Source: Bugula neritina
Lineage: Eukaryota > Animalia > Bryozoa
Direction: 5' to 3'
DNA: 64,000 bases
Assembly: GCA_964035545.1 (NCBI GenBank)
Contig: OZ037772.1
Coordinates: 1,612,001 to 1,676,000, forward strand
Under the pieces are notes generated by a model that ran no database searches, was not told where the DNA came from, and worked only from the letters and a program-made list of their open reading frames with translations. A program made the translations under genes and the position numbers. Below, in pieces: positions 13,901 to 27,500 of the stretch; the stretch's first letter is position 1, and the number at the start of each line of letters is the position of its first letter.

Positions 13901-15153
13901 GAAGAGATGAGATTGGAGTTGAAAGAGTTTGCATCCTGATGGGGTTGCGCCTAGTTATACCTGAGCAACTACGCAAGCAAATTTTGGTGGAGATTCACAC
14001 AGGTCATCAAGGGATAGTCAAGTCTAAGGCTATCGCAAGAAGCTACGTATGGTGGCCGGGACTGGATAAGGACATCGAGGAAGTTTGTAAAACATGTGAA
14101 GCATGTCAGAAAGACAAACCCAACCCCCCAATAGCAGGAACGCACCCTTGGATCCCTGCTCAAAAACCTTGGGAGAGGATTCATGTAGATTACGCGGGAC
14201 CAGTAGAAGGACACATGTTTTTGATTGTGGTAGACGCATATGCCAAATGGCCAGAAATTCTTATGACATCTACATCGACAACATCGGTGACATGCCACGC
14301 GTTGAGGGGGCTGTTTGCGAGACATGGCTTGCCAAATGTTTTGGTACCAGACAATGGACCATGTTTCACATCAGCAGACTTTAAGGAGTTCACTCAAAGT
14401 TATGGGATAATCCATAAGTTCTCCCCGCCCTATCACCCCGTCACCAATGGCCAGGCAGAGCGCTTTGTACGCTCATTTAAGGAAGGTATGAAGAAAGGAA
14501 GGGGCGCAATACAAGTAAAACTCGACAAATGGCTACTGGCATATTGAACTGCTCCTCATAGTGTGACAGGCATTTCACCAGCTAGCAGATTCCTGGGACG
14601 GACACTGAAAACAAGGCTGGATTTGCTGTTTCCTAGTCAAAACGCTGAAAGGTCTAGATTTACTGAGTTGAAAACTAGGCAGTTTGAGGTAGGTGATTTA
14701 GTGTGGGCAAGGGATTATATGTCCTCTGACTTCTGGAGAAAAGGTAAGGTAGTTGAGGTAACGGGACCGCTAACATACGTAGTACAAGTTCAAGGGAAAG
14801 GTGAGTGGAGAAGGCATATTGACCAAATGCGTCTAAGAGTGGAGAGTCGTGACTCAGTGTTAAATGGTCAAGGCACAGGTATGCGTAGGTGGCCAACACA
14901 AAATGTAACACCATATACCAAAATCTACCCAAATCAGGAAAGTAATAATGACCCTGATGAACTCGCGAGTGACCACGCAGGCTCGGCTAGACATCAGCCA
15001 TTTGCAGAGGGGGGCGATAACACTTTGGGTAATGGAAACGACCCGGTTGTGCCTCAGGCGTCGTCGGCATCGAGCGCAGCACTGTCACCAGACGCGATTC
15101 CAGTCCGCCGGTCCTCACGGATCAAGAAAGCACCTGTTAGATTGAATTTGTAA
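10999..15153 (+). pseudogene. Gypsy-A gag-pol polyprotein with one nonsense codon (TGA 14545-14547)
   Basis: Two CCHC knuckles, protease VDTGS, RT YYDD, RNase H CDAS, integrase HHCC + HVDYAGP/DNG/AERFV. AY*TAPH in place of the usual AYRTTPH; ORF 14563..15153 continues in the same frame. Confidence 0.92.
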
Positions 15154-15362
15154 CTTTTTTGTATTATTGTAATTGTGTTTCAATTATAACATTCTTTACC
15201 AAGTTTAGTATATCTGTTTTCCATACAGTAGCAGTATCTTTATGTAATGGTTTTACAGTACAATGCGACCTAACATTTGTTAATTATAATTACAGCTTTT
15301 TATGTTTTGTTTATTTTGCTTTGAACGTCAATGTGGAAGTTCTTCTTTAGAAACCGGAGAGT

Positions 15363-15550
15363 TGTTATGTTTATAGAATTGTATACTAGAGTTATGTCCC
15401 CTATTGTAGTTCGTATTTTGAAATTATCATCGTTTGTGTATGACGTCATTATGATGAGTCGCCATTACTACTCTATCGGAATATTAATAGCATGTTTAAC
15501 TGAATTCATTAAATATCAATAAAAGTTATAAAACTAGATTGAACACAACA
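15363..15550 (+). repeat. Gypsy-A 3' LTR
   Basis: Direct repeat of 10779-10966, preceded by purine-rich AGAAACCGGAGAG. Confidence 0.95.
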
Positions 15551-15669
15551 ATATTAATAATTGAACTGCTCTGTGTTTTTTACATGCACAATATAATAAT
15601 CAAATATACTAGAACAAATATAGACTTCTATTGTATATTATGCCTATCATTCATAAATTGCACTTTTAG

Positions 15670-15900
15670 AAAGAGGGGAACTTAATAGTAAACAGTTATG
15701 GAAGTGGAGATGGTGGTATGAAGAAGGTTTGGAACCACTGAGCTAGAAGAATGTACTAGAACAAATACAGACCTATACTGTGTAATATCATGTTCATAAT
15801 ATATATAAATTGTACTTTTAGAAAGAGGGGAACTTAATAGTAAACAGTTATGGAAGGGGAGATGATATGGTATGAAAAAGGTTAGGAACCACTGAGCTAG
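15670..15900. mobile_element. Tandemly duplicated end of a non-autonomous hAT-like element
   Basis: Two copies of ..GGGGAACTTAATAGTAAACAGTTATGGAAG..GGTATGAARAAGGTT.GGAACCACTG; terminus resembles the elements at 19507 and 21781. Confidence 0.45.
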
Positions 15901-18518
15901 AGGAACCACCATACCTCTACCATAGCATCACATCCCTCTGCCATCTTGATTGCAGCCTGCCAGTTAAGAAAATTCAGGATTAATCAGATGTTCAGTGATG
16001 TCGCTGAATATGCTAGTACTAAACAGCTCAACTCAAACATAATAAAAATATTTTACATAATGAAAGTACAAACAAAAAGATGCAAGTGCTAGCTGACACT
16101 GAAGACTACTAATAAGAGACAAAGTCCTTGTAAATATTTTGCTACTAAAAAGGACATAGATGTTATCGGTATTTTTGTAATTTGAAAATATACAGGACTA
16201 GGATTAAACATTCTAAAATAGCTCAATTGAAAAACATGCACACCTGGTGCCCTGGATAATTTTTTAGATTTCAACCTAAGAGTTGTCTCTCTTCGACGCT
16301 AAAATATAGCGCTCCGCTCAATAAATGCAACATTTCTTTCACGTGATTATTATAGAGTAGTTGAGTGACGTGTAATAATCCTTCTGCGCGCAGAACTTCC
16401 TCGTTATTTTGGTTTTATACATATTGTGCCTTTTCTCAGTTACTACTTACTAGTTACCATGTTTCTTACCAGTTTACAGACTGACACTATTGACTCTCGT
16501 GAGGTGAGAACAGTTTGAGTCATCTCATCATTTCTCAAATTAATCAGGTACCCGTACTTTGATACTTGCAGTTAGATTTACTATTTTAGTATTTACTATT
16601 TACTATTTAGTATTTTACTATTTTAATTCTAGATTTACTTTTACTTTTAGTTTTAGTTTTACTTTTAGCCTTTAGGCTTTAGGTTTAAGTCTAGGCTTAT
16701 AACTTATATAATACCAATATAAGATCAAGCTTGAGACTAAGTTATATTTAAATTATAAGTTATATAAATTAAAATTCTTACAGTTATTGTTAATGTTATA
16801 ATAATAATATTAATTAAATATAATTATTTCTCTTTGAGTCTTTGATTTGAAATTTACAATAGACATAGTAATACCATAGCCCATAGGCATATGATCTATA
16901 ATTAATTAATTATAATGATTTATCGAATAATATAAATATGAATATCGTATTAATGATATTAAATTTATTATTATTATAAAAAATTTAATCGACTTCAGGT
17001 TTAGGTTCAAGTTTTAATACTGAAAAATTGATCTACTAGTAGTAGTACTAGTATTACTACTAGTACTACTACGTCTACAGTAGTAGTAGTGGTAGTAGCC
17101 TATGATTACAGATTACTATTACGTACTACAAGTATTAGTCTATTCGTTATACATGTACTATTAGATTACTCTTAGTATTGCTATTCGATTTACTGTTGGT
17201 ATAACTATATAGGAATTAAGACTTAGTATTTCAGTTTCGCACTATTTTGTTTATATAAATATTTGTATTAACTTCAAGTATTACTATTAGTAATCACAAT
17301 TAGTATTGATATTGCATCTCCTATTAGGATTACTGCTATTAATATTAGTATTGTTGTATGAGTAATTACTAATTAGTATTAGTAATTTTTACTCATTGCA
17401 TTACATTTACTATAAGTATAACTATAAAGTGTAAGTTACTATTATTGCTCTACTATAACTATCAGTATTAGATTTAGTGTTGCAGTTGGTTTTACTGCCA
17501 GGTCCCCTACCATCATTAAATTTATACATAATGATAATCTTGGTGATTATCACCCAATATTGACTCATATGACTAGGTTAGCCATATTTATATGATCTAC
17601 TATTGTTGTAAACATAAAAATATGAGGTTAGTGTTAATAAATCATTTGCTAGGTAAGAGTGTAGAATAAATAATTGGCTAGAGATGAGTGTAGAAGCTGC
17701 CAACTCATGAAACAACTACACCTGACCTAACAGAAGCACAAACATGTTAAATTAGTATGTTTCACACCTCCATAGTTTCTATTAAATGATTTAATAGCAA
17801 ACTAGCGGTTGATGGCTTTTTCCCTGGCTGGTGGAAGAGTGAATCTAAGTAACATATTAAATCATGCATCACCAACACTGCAGAAATGTTGAAATGAATT
17901 TTGTCATTTAGGTTATGGAGAAAACAAAGTATTTTCAACACCCAGCACAAAATATTTCATGAAACTATGTTTTCTCCCACTGCTATGTTTCCCCCTATTT
18001 TGTGTCTTAGCGTGAGCCCACGCAATGTATCTAGCCCAAAAATGGCTGATATCTTTGAATGAGAGGATAAGCAGCTGAGCCCAATTGTGCTGTTTGTTCA
18101 TAAAAGTAATACATAACTCACTGGTATTCATGTTTCACTTCTCCTCTATATATTAGAAACACTTGGTTAGTGATGTTCAATAGAAGTAGAATAATAGTGT
18201 TCACTGGAGCACACAGCATTGCTTCATATTTATTGTATAAGGAGTTTGAGTCACTAGCAAAAACCTATTCAGTGATTACAATGGAAACAATACAGCCTTT
18301 GTTAGAGAGTTAAAGCTGTGAGCTCAGCATGTTGTAGCTGGCTATCATGTATACCAGTTTTATTAACTGCCTTTGTTTAACATTATTTTTCACTTTATTT
18401 TGTATGGTTTGTTGTTAATGGTTGAGTCTTTGATTTGGAAACCTTCACAGATGTAGTGTGAAATGTTATGCTAAGAGTATGTGTATCTTTTACAGGATTT
18501 CCTTATCATATAACCAAG

Positions 18519-21500
18519 ATGGCAGAATCCAGAGTTGTGAAAAAGAGACTAAACAATTCGTATCGCTGTGGGTACTGCTCGCAGTACTTCAACAAACTTG
18601 AAGATCCCAGAACTCTGCCCTGTCTCCATGTCTACTGCATGAGATGTTTGAAGACTGACATCGGTGGTAGGAAGGATCATATCAAATGTGCTTATTGTAG
18701 GTGAGTTACAGTACATAACACAATATATCATGTCATAGGCTTGCGTATGATTTTCTCACTATCATCTAGGAGTTGTCTGATCTGTGTCTATGAAAAGCAA
18801 ACAATACTGTATATTCTATGTGAACTCTGGTTACTAACTTGTGGAGTGTGTGGATACCTTTTCATCAGGTAGAGAAAGTAACTGTTATGTAGATTGCACC
18901 ATCAGCTGTCCTCTCTTGTTGAATTGTGGTGCTGTTGGATGCCATGGGATTGGGGTTGTCTCCTCATTATATTACTTTGTTCTCATACAGTACAAGACTT
19001 GATAGACCAACCTTTTTCATACCATTCCCACTTTCATACATGTTTACTATTAAGTCCCCTCCCTTTTGTCAATCTGAAATTTTTATGACGGACATGATGA
19101 TAATATAAATTACAATGCAATATTTTTTCTCTTACATTTGAATATAATATAATTATTTCTAATAATTATATTATGCATGTGTAAAACACAGAGCAGTTCA
19201 ATTAATGATATTATGGCTGCAGCTGATGACATTGTGTCAGCTTGCTTTCAAACCTCCCACCCCAACCCTTAAACCCCAACCCCAATATTGTAATTAAAAC
19301 ACATTCATGTAGAAGTAGACTGAGATGACAGAATTGGTTAAATAGATAAGCTAAGATGAATGCTTATAGATATACATGTGCATGTAACTTGCAAGAGCTC
19401 AAAAGTCTTTAACAAACTGCTTGAAATTTTTTAATCGAAATCCCAGCTCCCCCTAAAAAGCCCAAGTTTCCTCCTATAGGGGGATTCTCCCAGCTTGGGA
19501 ACCACTGTGTTGGATTGACTTGTGTTTACTATCTCCTTTCCTGTGATTAGAAACATGTATGATGTTCTCATGGCAACACAGTTGCTGTGGCACAAAGTAC
19601 AGTTTACTAGTATGTAGTGATTGTGTAGTGAGAGTGGAGTGTCTGGTTATTGTCCATGGTTATATGTAATCTGTAAGGAATAGAATTATATTATTTTAAT
19701 ATAATGTTGAGAGAGGTACTTTTATAATGGCAGTTTGCTCAATAGCTTTAGTTCTAATGCGATAGACTCATAGCTCTGGAGTCTAGCAGCTGCTACTATT
19801 ACCACCAGCTGTTCAAAATTCGGCCAACATCCGGGCTGCCAAAGTGTAATAGCCATTGACATTAAGGCCAAGCAGTCACTGGGAAATTATTTGACTAAAG
19901 AGCAGGTCTTATGACAATTAGTAGTCAGCCCCTTAGACAGGAATCAGTGATTCTGTGACCTATTTAGTTAAATCCAATGCTGACCTTTTGATTGATTATT
20001 AGATAGCCATCACAATTTTATTTGGTACAATATAATATTATGGGGTGCCAATCAGTGTCTAATATTCACTGCGTTTCCATTATCGCATTATGCGAATGGA
20101 TTTTTTCATTCGCCTAATGGAAACAGTTACATCGGATGAAACCGCAACTATAAGGTAATGCAAACCACAAACCACAAATAATCCGTACGAAGCATTCATT
20201 CGCATTATGGCAGTCATGGAAACGCAGTGATAATCTGTGAATTGAGTCATGAATAGTGTTGAGGATTTGGGCCTATATTATGCCACCCCCCCCTCTCTGA
20301 CTTAGACTGAGACCCAACCTGCTGCACATACATAGCAGTACTACACTGAAGATAGTTAACATGTGTATGTGTCATCCTACTAGTAATGGATTACTAACTA
20401 CAACTTATCCTACGACTCCCTCTTTTTATGCTAGCTGCACGAGATAGGCAACTCACAAGTGACACGCACTCACAGTGCACTAGCTCTTGACACATTGCCA
20501 AGGATGATGAAATGACATTTTCGCGCCACTCCTAGCAGTTAGAGTGGCAGGGAATAGTTGTAGTATGTTGTAGTATTGGCTCCTCAGAATTCACCCCTCA
20601 GTAATTAGTTGCATTGCACAAATTTGCAACAATAGTGAATAATTATTGACAATATTGCCTCCACTCAGTAGTTAACTAGTAATTTGTCTTGTCATTTTAC
20701 AATACAAGTTACAGTTGAGTCTATTTGTTGAGTAGCAGTTCTTTGTCATGAGTGACTATTTTACAGCATATTAAGTACATAATATAGTCAAGTGTGTTTG
20801 TGTGATAGCCTGTGGTCTATATAATGAATGTGTGTTGATGAGTGATGAGTATTTATATGAGTATTTGTCAAGGACATAGCTGTGTGTGTGGATGGAGTAT
20901 TTCATTACTTGAGATATACTAAACACAGCTAACACAGGTAACATACTGATTGCTATATATTGTAGGAAAGATCACTATGACATAACAGATCCCACAACAC
21001 TACCAGTAGCTCAGCATGGAGACCCCTTAGAATACAAGTCTCCACCCAAACCTGCACCCATTCACTGCGATGTGTGTAAAGGTGGAACACAAGCTGCTGT
21101 GTTCTGTGTCGACAGTCAAAAAAAGTTGTGTCAGCAGCATCAAGAAGTGAGTCCTTCTTATGTCATTTCTCAAGATGAGTTACTAAACCAGTTCTGTGTT
21201 GTGTGTAGAATATTATTGAAAAGAAATGTTGAGTCTGTGTGACTTTTTATACTAAACTCACAGTTTCACAGTGCAGTGAGTCAACTATGACAGACTTGTT
21301 GGTGAAAATACAACCAACTAAACTTTTATTATACAGAATCACAGAGAGCTGATGGGAGATAGACATCAGTTTATTGACATTGAGGTCTACAGAGCTTCTC
21401 CCCAAAGATATACTATAGCTGAATGTGAACATCATAAACAGGAACAGCTGACAGAAGTGTGTTCCAAGTGTCACCAGATATTCTGTATGAGATGTGATAT

Positions 21501-24500
21501 GAGGACTGGCTGTAAGGATAAGACAGGTATTTACTTGCTGTTTCTATTTCTGTAGAAAGAAACTGAGGAATATTACAAGAACCTGTTATTTATTATTTTA
21601 TTATTAAAGTGAGTTATGTAGCAGTAAAAGAGGAAGTAAGTTTGTCAGCATTAAGGTTTGTGTGAGACAGAAGTGGATAGTGCAGGAGTTTATATTTTCA
21701 CTGTTATGTTGAATATTTAGTATATTTCATCCTTCAAGTGTCTGTTTCCTTGATAAGATGGTATAGGCATAGCTTTAACTCAGTGGTGTCCCACCTTTTT
21801 CATACCATCCCCCTTTTTATAAATATTTTCTTTTAAGTTTCCCCTTTTAAAAAATTGTAATTTCATTTATAAAGAAAATCTGGGACGGCTTGTTTTCCTA
21901 ATAATTCATTGAGTGTAGAAAAAAGCACTTTGTATTTAACATGAACCAGTGTCTGCCACAACTTCAGTTCAGCTTTGAAAGCAGTGAGTTGATGATTATG
22001 CTTCTTTATTTTAGGTTCAGATTTTTTAGTACAGCAAATATATCTACTGGGTATGAAGTAAATAGTTTATAGAGGTCAGTTCGACTGACTGCAAAAACTT
22101 GCTGTTAGTTTTCTACTTTCAAGAAACTTGTTAACCTCCATTCGCAGCTAGGGTAAAGTGAATATTAGACACATGAATGTAGAAGTAAACTTAGATTGTA
22201 AAATGTAGTGTGGATAAATAAATGAACTACATAAAATGAAGGAGTTGTAGTTATACATATACAGTACATGTAAACTTGAAACCAAGGCAACAGCTCAAAG
22301 AGCTGGTAACAAACTGTGTGAAACGAAACCCCCTAAAAAGCCCACATTTCCTGCAAGGGGAATTCCTCCAAGGTTGGAGCTACTGCTTTAATTTTTTCAA
22401 TTATGTCATTCCAAGTGCAAGCAGGGAATAATGAGCTAAACATGTGACATCTTTCTAGAATGTTCCTTTGTGTGAATCACTGCTAGAGAAGGTTGAGCTA
22501 TGATTAACTCAGATAGCAATACTTGAGGCAGGGTCTAACTGTTTAGTTATTACATAGTATGTGTATAGTGATACATCATCTACCTGTAGGACTTTACAGG
22601 TAGTAGGTGTAGGATAAGTACAATGTCATATCTGAAATGCTTTTATAAATAGTGTGATTTTATGTATACAGAGGAGACAGTAGCATCCCATGACTTGGCA
22701 TCTTTGAGTGATTTGTCTTGTGAGTTACGAGAAAGTCTGACTGGTGGAATAGAGACTCTGTCTGAGAAAGTTGCAGAGCTGAATGACATCTCAAAGGATG
22801 CCTGGAAAGAACTGAGTAAAATAGAAGATGAAGTGAAGAAGATGGTTGCCAGAGTAAACTCTGTAGCTGATGCTGAGGTATACTGACATGATGATGTCAT
22901 CTAATGTATTTCTGTTTGTCTAAAATTAGGTTTTACATCTGGTCTTTGAGTTTTAATCAGAAATGAATTTCATTTGCCACTAGAATTAACTGGCCATTAA
23001 AGCATTATCATTCTGTGTACAAGTAGCAGTAGTCATTCATCACATGTTACTCAGTGCAGAGGAACCTGTCAATACAGATGACTCACTCATCCTTCTGCAA
23101 CTGTCAGTCACTTACACAGAGAGGTTGGCTGTGTGAGTGATTGACAAGTGTCAGGAGGAGGAGACTAGTCACGTGATGGACTAGCTCTCTGCTGTGTATG
23201 GAGTGTCACGTGACTGAGTCATTGTCCACTCAGTGGGTGATCTGTCACTTTCATTTCAAGTGTAGAGGTTGTGAGGTGCAGAGGTGGTTACACTGTGTTA
23301 CTATTTATTAGATAGAAGAGATTAGAAAGAGAGCTACAAACCTGAGGCTAGAAATATATGGATATTTGAAGAGCTGCACACAGATAGTGGATAATTATAG
23401 AATAAAGCTGGCCTTGAGTAAAGTTGCGTTTATACCTTCACGATTTTCGGTCAAAATTTTAATTTGGCCGGGTTGAAATTTCTCCGAGTTGCATTGCATT
23501 GTAAAAGCCACCCGTTGAAATTTTTGTACTGTGATAACTTAATCGGCCAAATTGACCAATGATGTTGCTTACATGATTACCTGCGGCGTATTCCATTTCG
23601 CAGACGTTTACATTAGTAACGGACACACCCCTTTTCTCTTTTCTACCACGGCAAGTAGCAGCACGATTTTACACTCTAACTACTATATTTTTTTAACTAA
23701 ATTTTTATTCACATATATTTATAATAATAGATAAAATGGCAACACAAAAAATTAATGAAAACGATGTATTAAATTTTATTTCTGAAATTGAAAGTCGTCC
23801 AAACATTTGGAACTACAAGATCAAAGGTTCCTACAAAACCAAGAACAAGGAATTGGCTGAAATAGCCAAAGCTTTTAACGTTTCAAGTAAGTAATTTTTA
23901 CATGTTTTAGTTTTAGTACTTGCTACTTTGCCAATGTTGATGTGATTTATTTAATAAAGTGATGATCATTTTAAAATAATAAAGTTACCACAATTGATTT
24001 TTGTAGCCAAAACAGCGACAAAAAAGTGGCAAAATCTGCGTGATTATTTTAAAGATATTTTGAAAAGACAAAAAAATAGTACACCCTCATCTGGTGCAAG
24101 TGCACAAGAAGTTCTTGAACCAACGTGGGTGTATTGGAAAAACATGAAATTCCTATTATCTGTTGAGACCCAAATATGCGAAGAAAGCCACTCATCTCTC
24201 GATGAAACTGTGAGTTTCCAAGTTCTCTTCTATGTTACTCTATTTTTATTCCTAGTAAGTATGCTACGTTTCAGTTGCATGCTATCAATATTTTAGATAG
24301 CTTTACCGAGTACAAGCTCAATCAATGGAGATGAAAAAGAACAAACAAGAAAAAGAAAGTATGATGACTCAATGACTAGGGCATTGAATACGGCTTCCAA
24401 TATGCTTGATAAGATTGCTGGAAAATTAAGCGATAGCAATGCACCTGCGTCTAAGTACCCACATTTGGACTATTTTTTTAAAGGACTTAGTGAACAAATT

Positions 24501-27500
24501 AAATCATTACCAGCAAGCTGCCATGGAGTAGCCATGCTGAGGCTACAGGAGTGCGTTAATGACTTGGTGACTGAGCATACTGAACAGGACAGTAGTTACC
24601 CTACTTACTTTGAGCTTTGAAAAGTTATGTTGTGTTATTGCTATGTTTTATTGTTGACTTTTTTATTTAGGCTATTGTTATATTTGTTTTGTTACATTGT
24701 TCGAATTGAAAAAATTGAATAACAAAAAATAACTAAAAAGACACAGTTATGTATGCTATTTTGTATCAATTCATCTGTAAGACATACACAAAGAAGAAAA
24801 CTTACAAACTTAACAGAAATAACCTAAAAATTCATTAAAATGGTAATAAACTAGAAAACTAGGAATATAAAATTGGATTTCTCACAACATAATCTTTGAA
24901 TCTATCACGTATTTTGATAGCTGTATTTGTACCACGGACTTGCGGCTCACTAAGCCTACCAAAACTTGTCTGCTCTAAGGAAATCTGTGGCTCTAATGCT
25001 GCTCCAGTTGGAGGCTGTCTGTTTTGTCTTATGATGTTGTGCAAAATACAACAGGCGAGAGTTAGCACTTTCACCTTGTGTGGTTCTAGATCTATAGGCC
25101 TGAAAAATATCCTCCAAGTATTTGCAAGAATTCCAAATGCATTTTCTATAAGCCTTCTTGCTCTAGAAAGTCTTGCATTATGTACCTGCAAATAAAAAAT
25201 AAAAAATAAGCAATATTTTTAAATGACAAAATATTAAAGATATTCTATGTTGATCACCTCTTCATCAGGAGGCAGCACCCTGGAGTGTGGTTTGGAGAAA
25301 GGCCTCATCAAAAATGGTCTCAGAGGAAATGCTTCATCGCCAACTATGACAAAGGGTAAGAGCTCTGTGCCTTGCTCTGGAACTTCTGGCAGTGGAAAAT
25401 AAATGGTTCCATTTTCAATGTGTTGCAATAGCTTTGAAGACCGAAAAACTCCCCCATCAGAATGGCGCCCTTCTGCTCCACATTCCACATATGTGAACCT
25501 GTAACAACAAGAAGTTTAAATTACATTCCCTCTTAAACTAGAGAAAAGCTATTAATATGTATTCAAGTGTACATACTTGTAGTTATGATCGCACATAGCA
25601 AGCAGGATAATTGACTCAAATCCTTTGTAATTGTGGTATTGAGATCCAGCGTGGTATGGCTTGTTCATAGTGATATTGTTATAATTTTCAGATTTAGGGT
25701 TGATATGCTATCCAGAGAGTCTATTTATCTAGTATAGAACTGCACCAGGCTAAGTCGAGTGAACGAGTATATTTTATTCACAACTATACATCATAAAAAC
25801 ACGATACATTATTTCTAACAAGTTACACATCTAATCTATTTCACACTCTAGCTTCGACTGACTTAGCAGCGGGAAACTACAATTGCTGCTAACTATCAAC
25901 TACGCTAATTGGCTATCCATTGTTCCGGGTCAATTACGCGACCCTACATGTTGTGCTGCTGGTAGTTCCACGAACCACCACACCGCCCCCACCAGCAGAA
26001 AGCCATCTTTCTGATATATATAAAAAAAACATTCAATAGTAATTGCATACATCAGTGGACAAAAATAATACATAATATACAGGAAGAGACATAATAATAA
26101 TAATCAGAGTCGTTATAACGATCCGTTGCATACAATTGGCCAGCTGTAGATAGACGAGGAATACTAGCTAGCTGTGGTATTAGACAAGGAATAACCTGTC
26201 TAGCAGTTAAGCATTTACACGAGTTTGGTTCTTCACCAAATGTGGAGTATTCTGGGTAGCATACTAGAGTCCTTGTTGGGCACGCCGGTGCTTGGCTTGG
26301 CATGTACGCAGTTTCCGTTTCATACGGCATACGGATCCCTTCAGCTGGAAGAGTCCTGTGGTAGTGTTGAGTAGATCTGGCGCCAGCTGGGTGAACTCTT
26401 CTTGTAATCGTAGGAGGCGTTCTTCTACTGTGGCTAGTCGTACTGGGTCTGGGGACGGTGTCCGTCTGCGGCGTAATGGTGGACTGGGGGATCTGGTCCG
26501 TCTCTTCGCCGGGGTAGGGGAGATCTCTCCTTCTTCTGGATATGTAGTTTCCTCGGGGGTGTAGGTAATTGGAGGGCGGTCAGACACCAACGGGGATTGT
26601 TGGCGGGCGTTGTCTAACACACTTTGGAACCCCGAGGATAGAACGGCTAGTAGCATGGCCTTCTTTACCAGAGGTCGTATATATGTGAGGAACTCCGGGT
26701 ACAGCTTAGCGTCGACCACATAGTTTTCTCCAGGGAAACAGCCCGCCGCTCTGTGTCTGGTGACGGGGTAGGGATACACATCATTGTACCCGCAGGGGCA
26801 GAAGGTCAGTAGGAGATGAGCATTGACGTGTAGTTTAAGGGAGCGGTGAGAGGCGCAATCTTCACCACAGATCTGGCATCTCGTCCGTCCTCTGGACCCC
26901 CAGGCTGTTTCTATTTCTTCTTCGGTTTGTGGAGACACCCACCGCCAACGGCGGCGTAGTGGCTCAGGCCGGTCACCACTAGCATAGTCCTCCGGATACG
27001 GAGCGGGAAGTGTTCTATCCCGTACCCTGGTTGTAGCGGGTCGAGTGTAATCTGAAAAAGTTTCAACAGTGTTAGCACATTACACTGCTGTGTTGTCAGC
27101 TTGAACAGCTTGGCAACTCCTAATTCAGTTACCTCGTAGAGATTAATGATAGTGAATAGTCAGATAGAACCGTATTGCAATGAGATTATAAAAATCTCTA
27201 AGTCAAACTAAGTTCTTACTACGGTATTTCACTAACCTATCTCCAGCTCGATTGACTCAGTGAGTCAGAGCTGAGCGATGCAATCTAGTTTCGTATTAAG
27301 ATATAGTTAACTCACCCCACGATCTGTTGTCGTAAGACATACTGAATATGTGAAATGGTTTGAACTACTGCTTAGAAACACGTCTACTCTTGACTGCATC
27401 AGCGTATGAAAAGATCGAGCAACGTGGTTGGGGTGCGTGATTAAGACTTTGTGCACCCGGCGGATGAATTTTGTTCCTACTTCCGCCGATACAAAAGTTG

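Larger units (their letters stand above)
10779..15550 (+). mobile_element. Gypsy-A: full-length Ty3/Gypsy (Mag-like) LTR retrotransposon
   Basis: 188-bp TG..CA LTRs 10779-10966 and 15363-15550 (3 mismatches seen); 5-bp TSD ATATT (10774-10778 / 15551-15555); PBS TGGCGACGAGGAT; single gag-pol frame. Confidence 0.97.

Noticed and set aside
14563-15153. Separate third ORF in Gypsy-A
   Set aside because: In-frame continuation of integrase after a nonsense codon
16290-16550. Candidate TRIM promoter and non-coding first exon (CpG-richer patch, GAG|GTGAGA donor near 16503)
   Set aside because: Plausible but not supportable without transcript data
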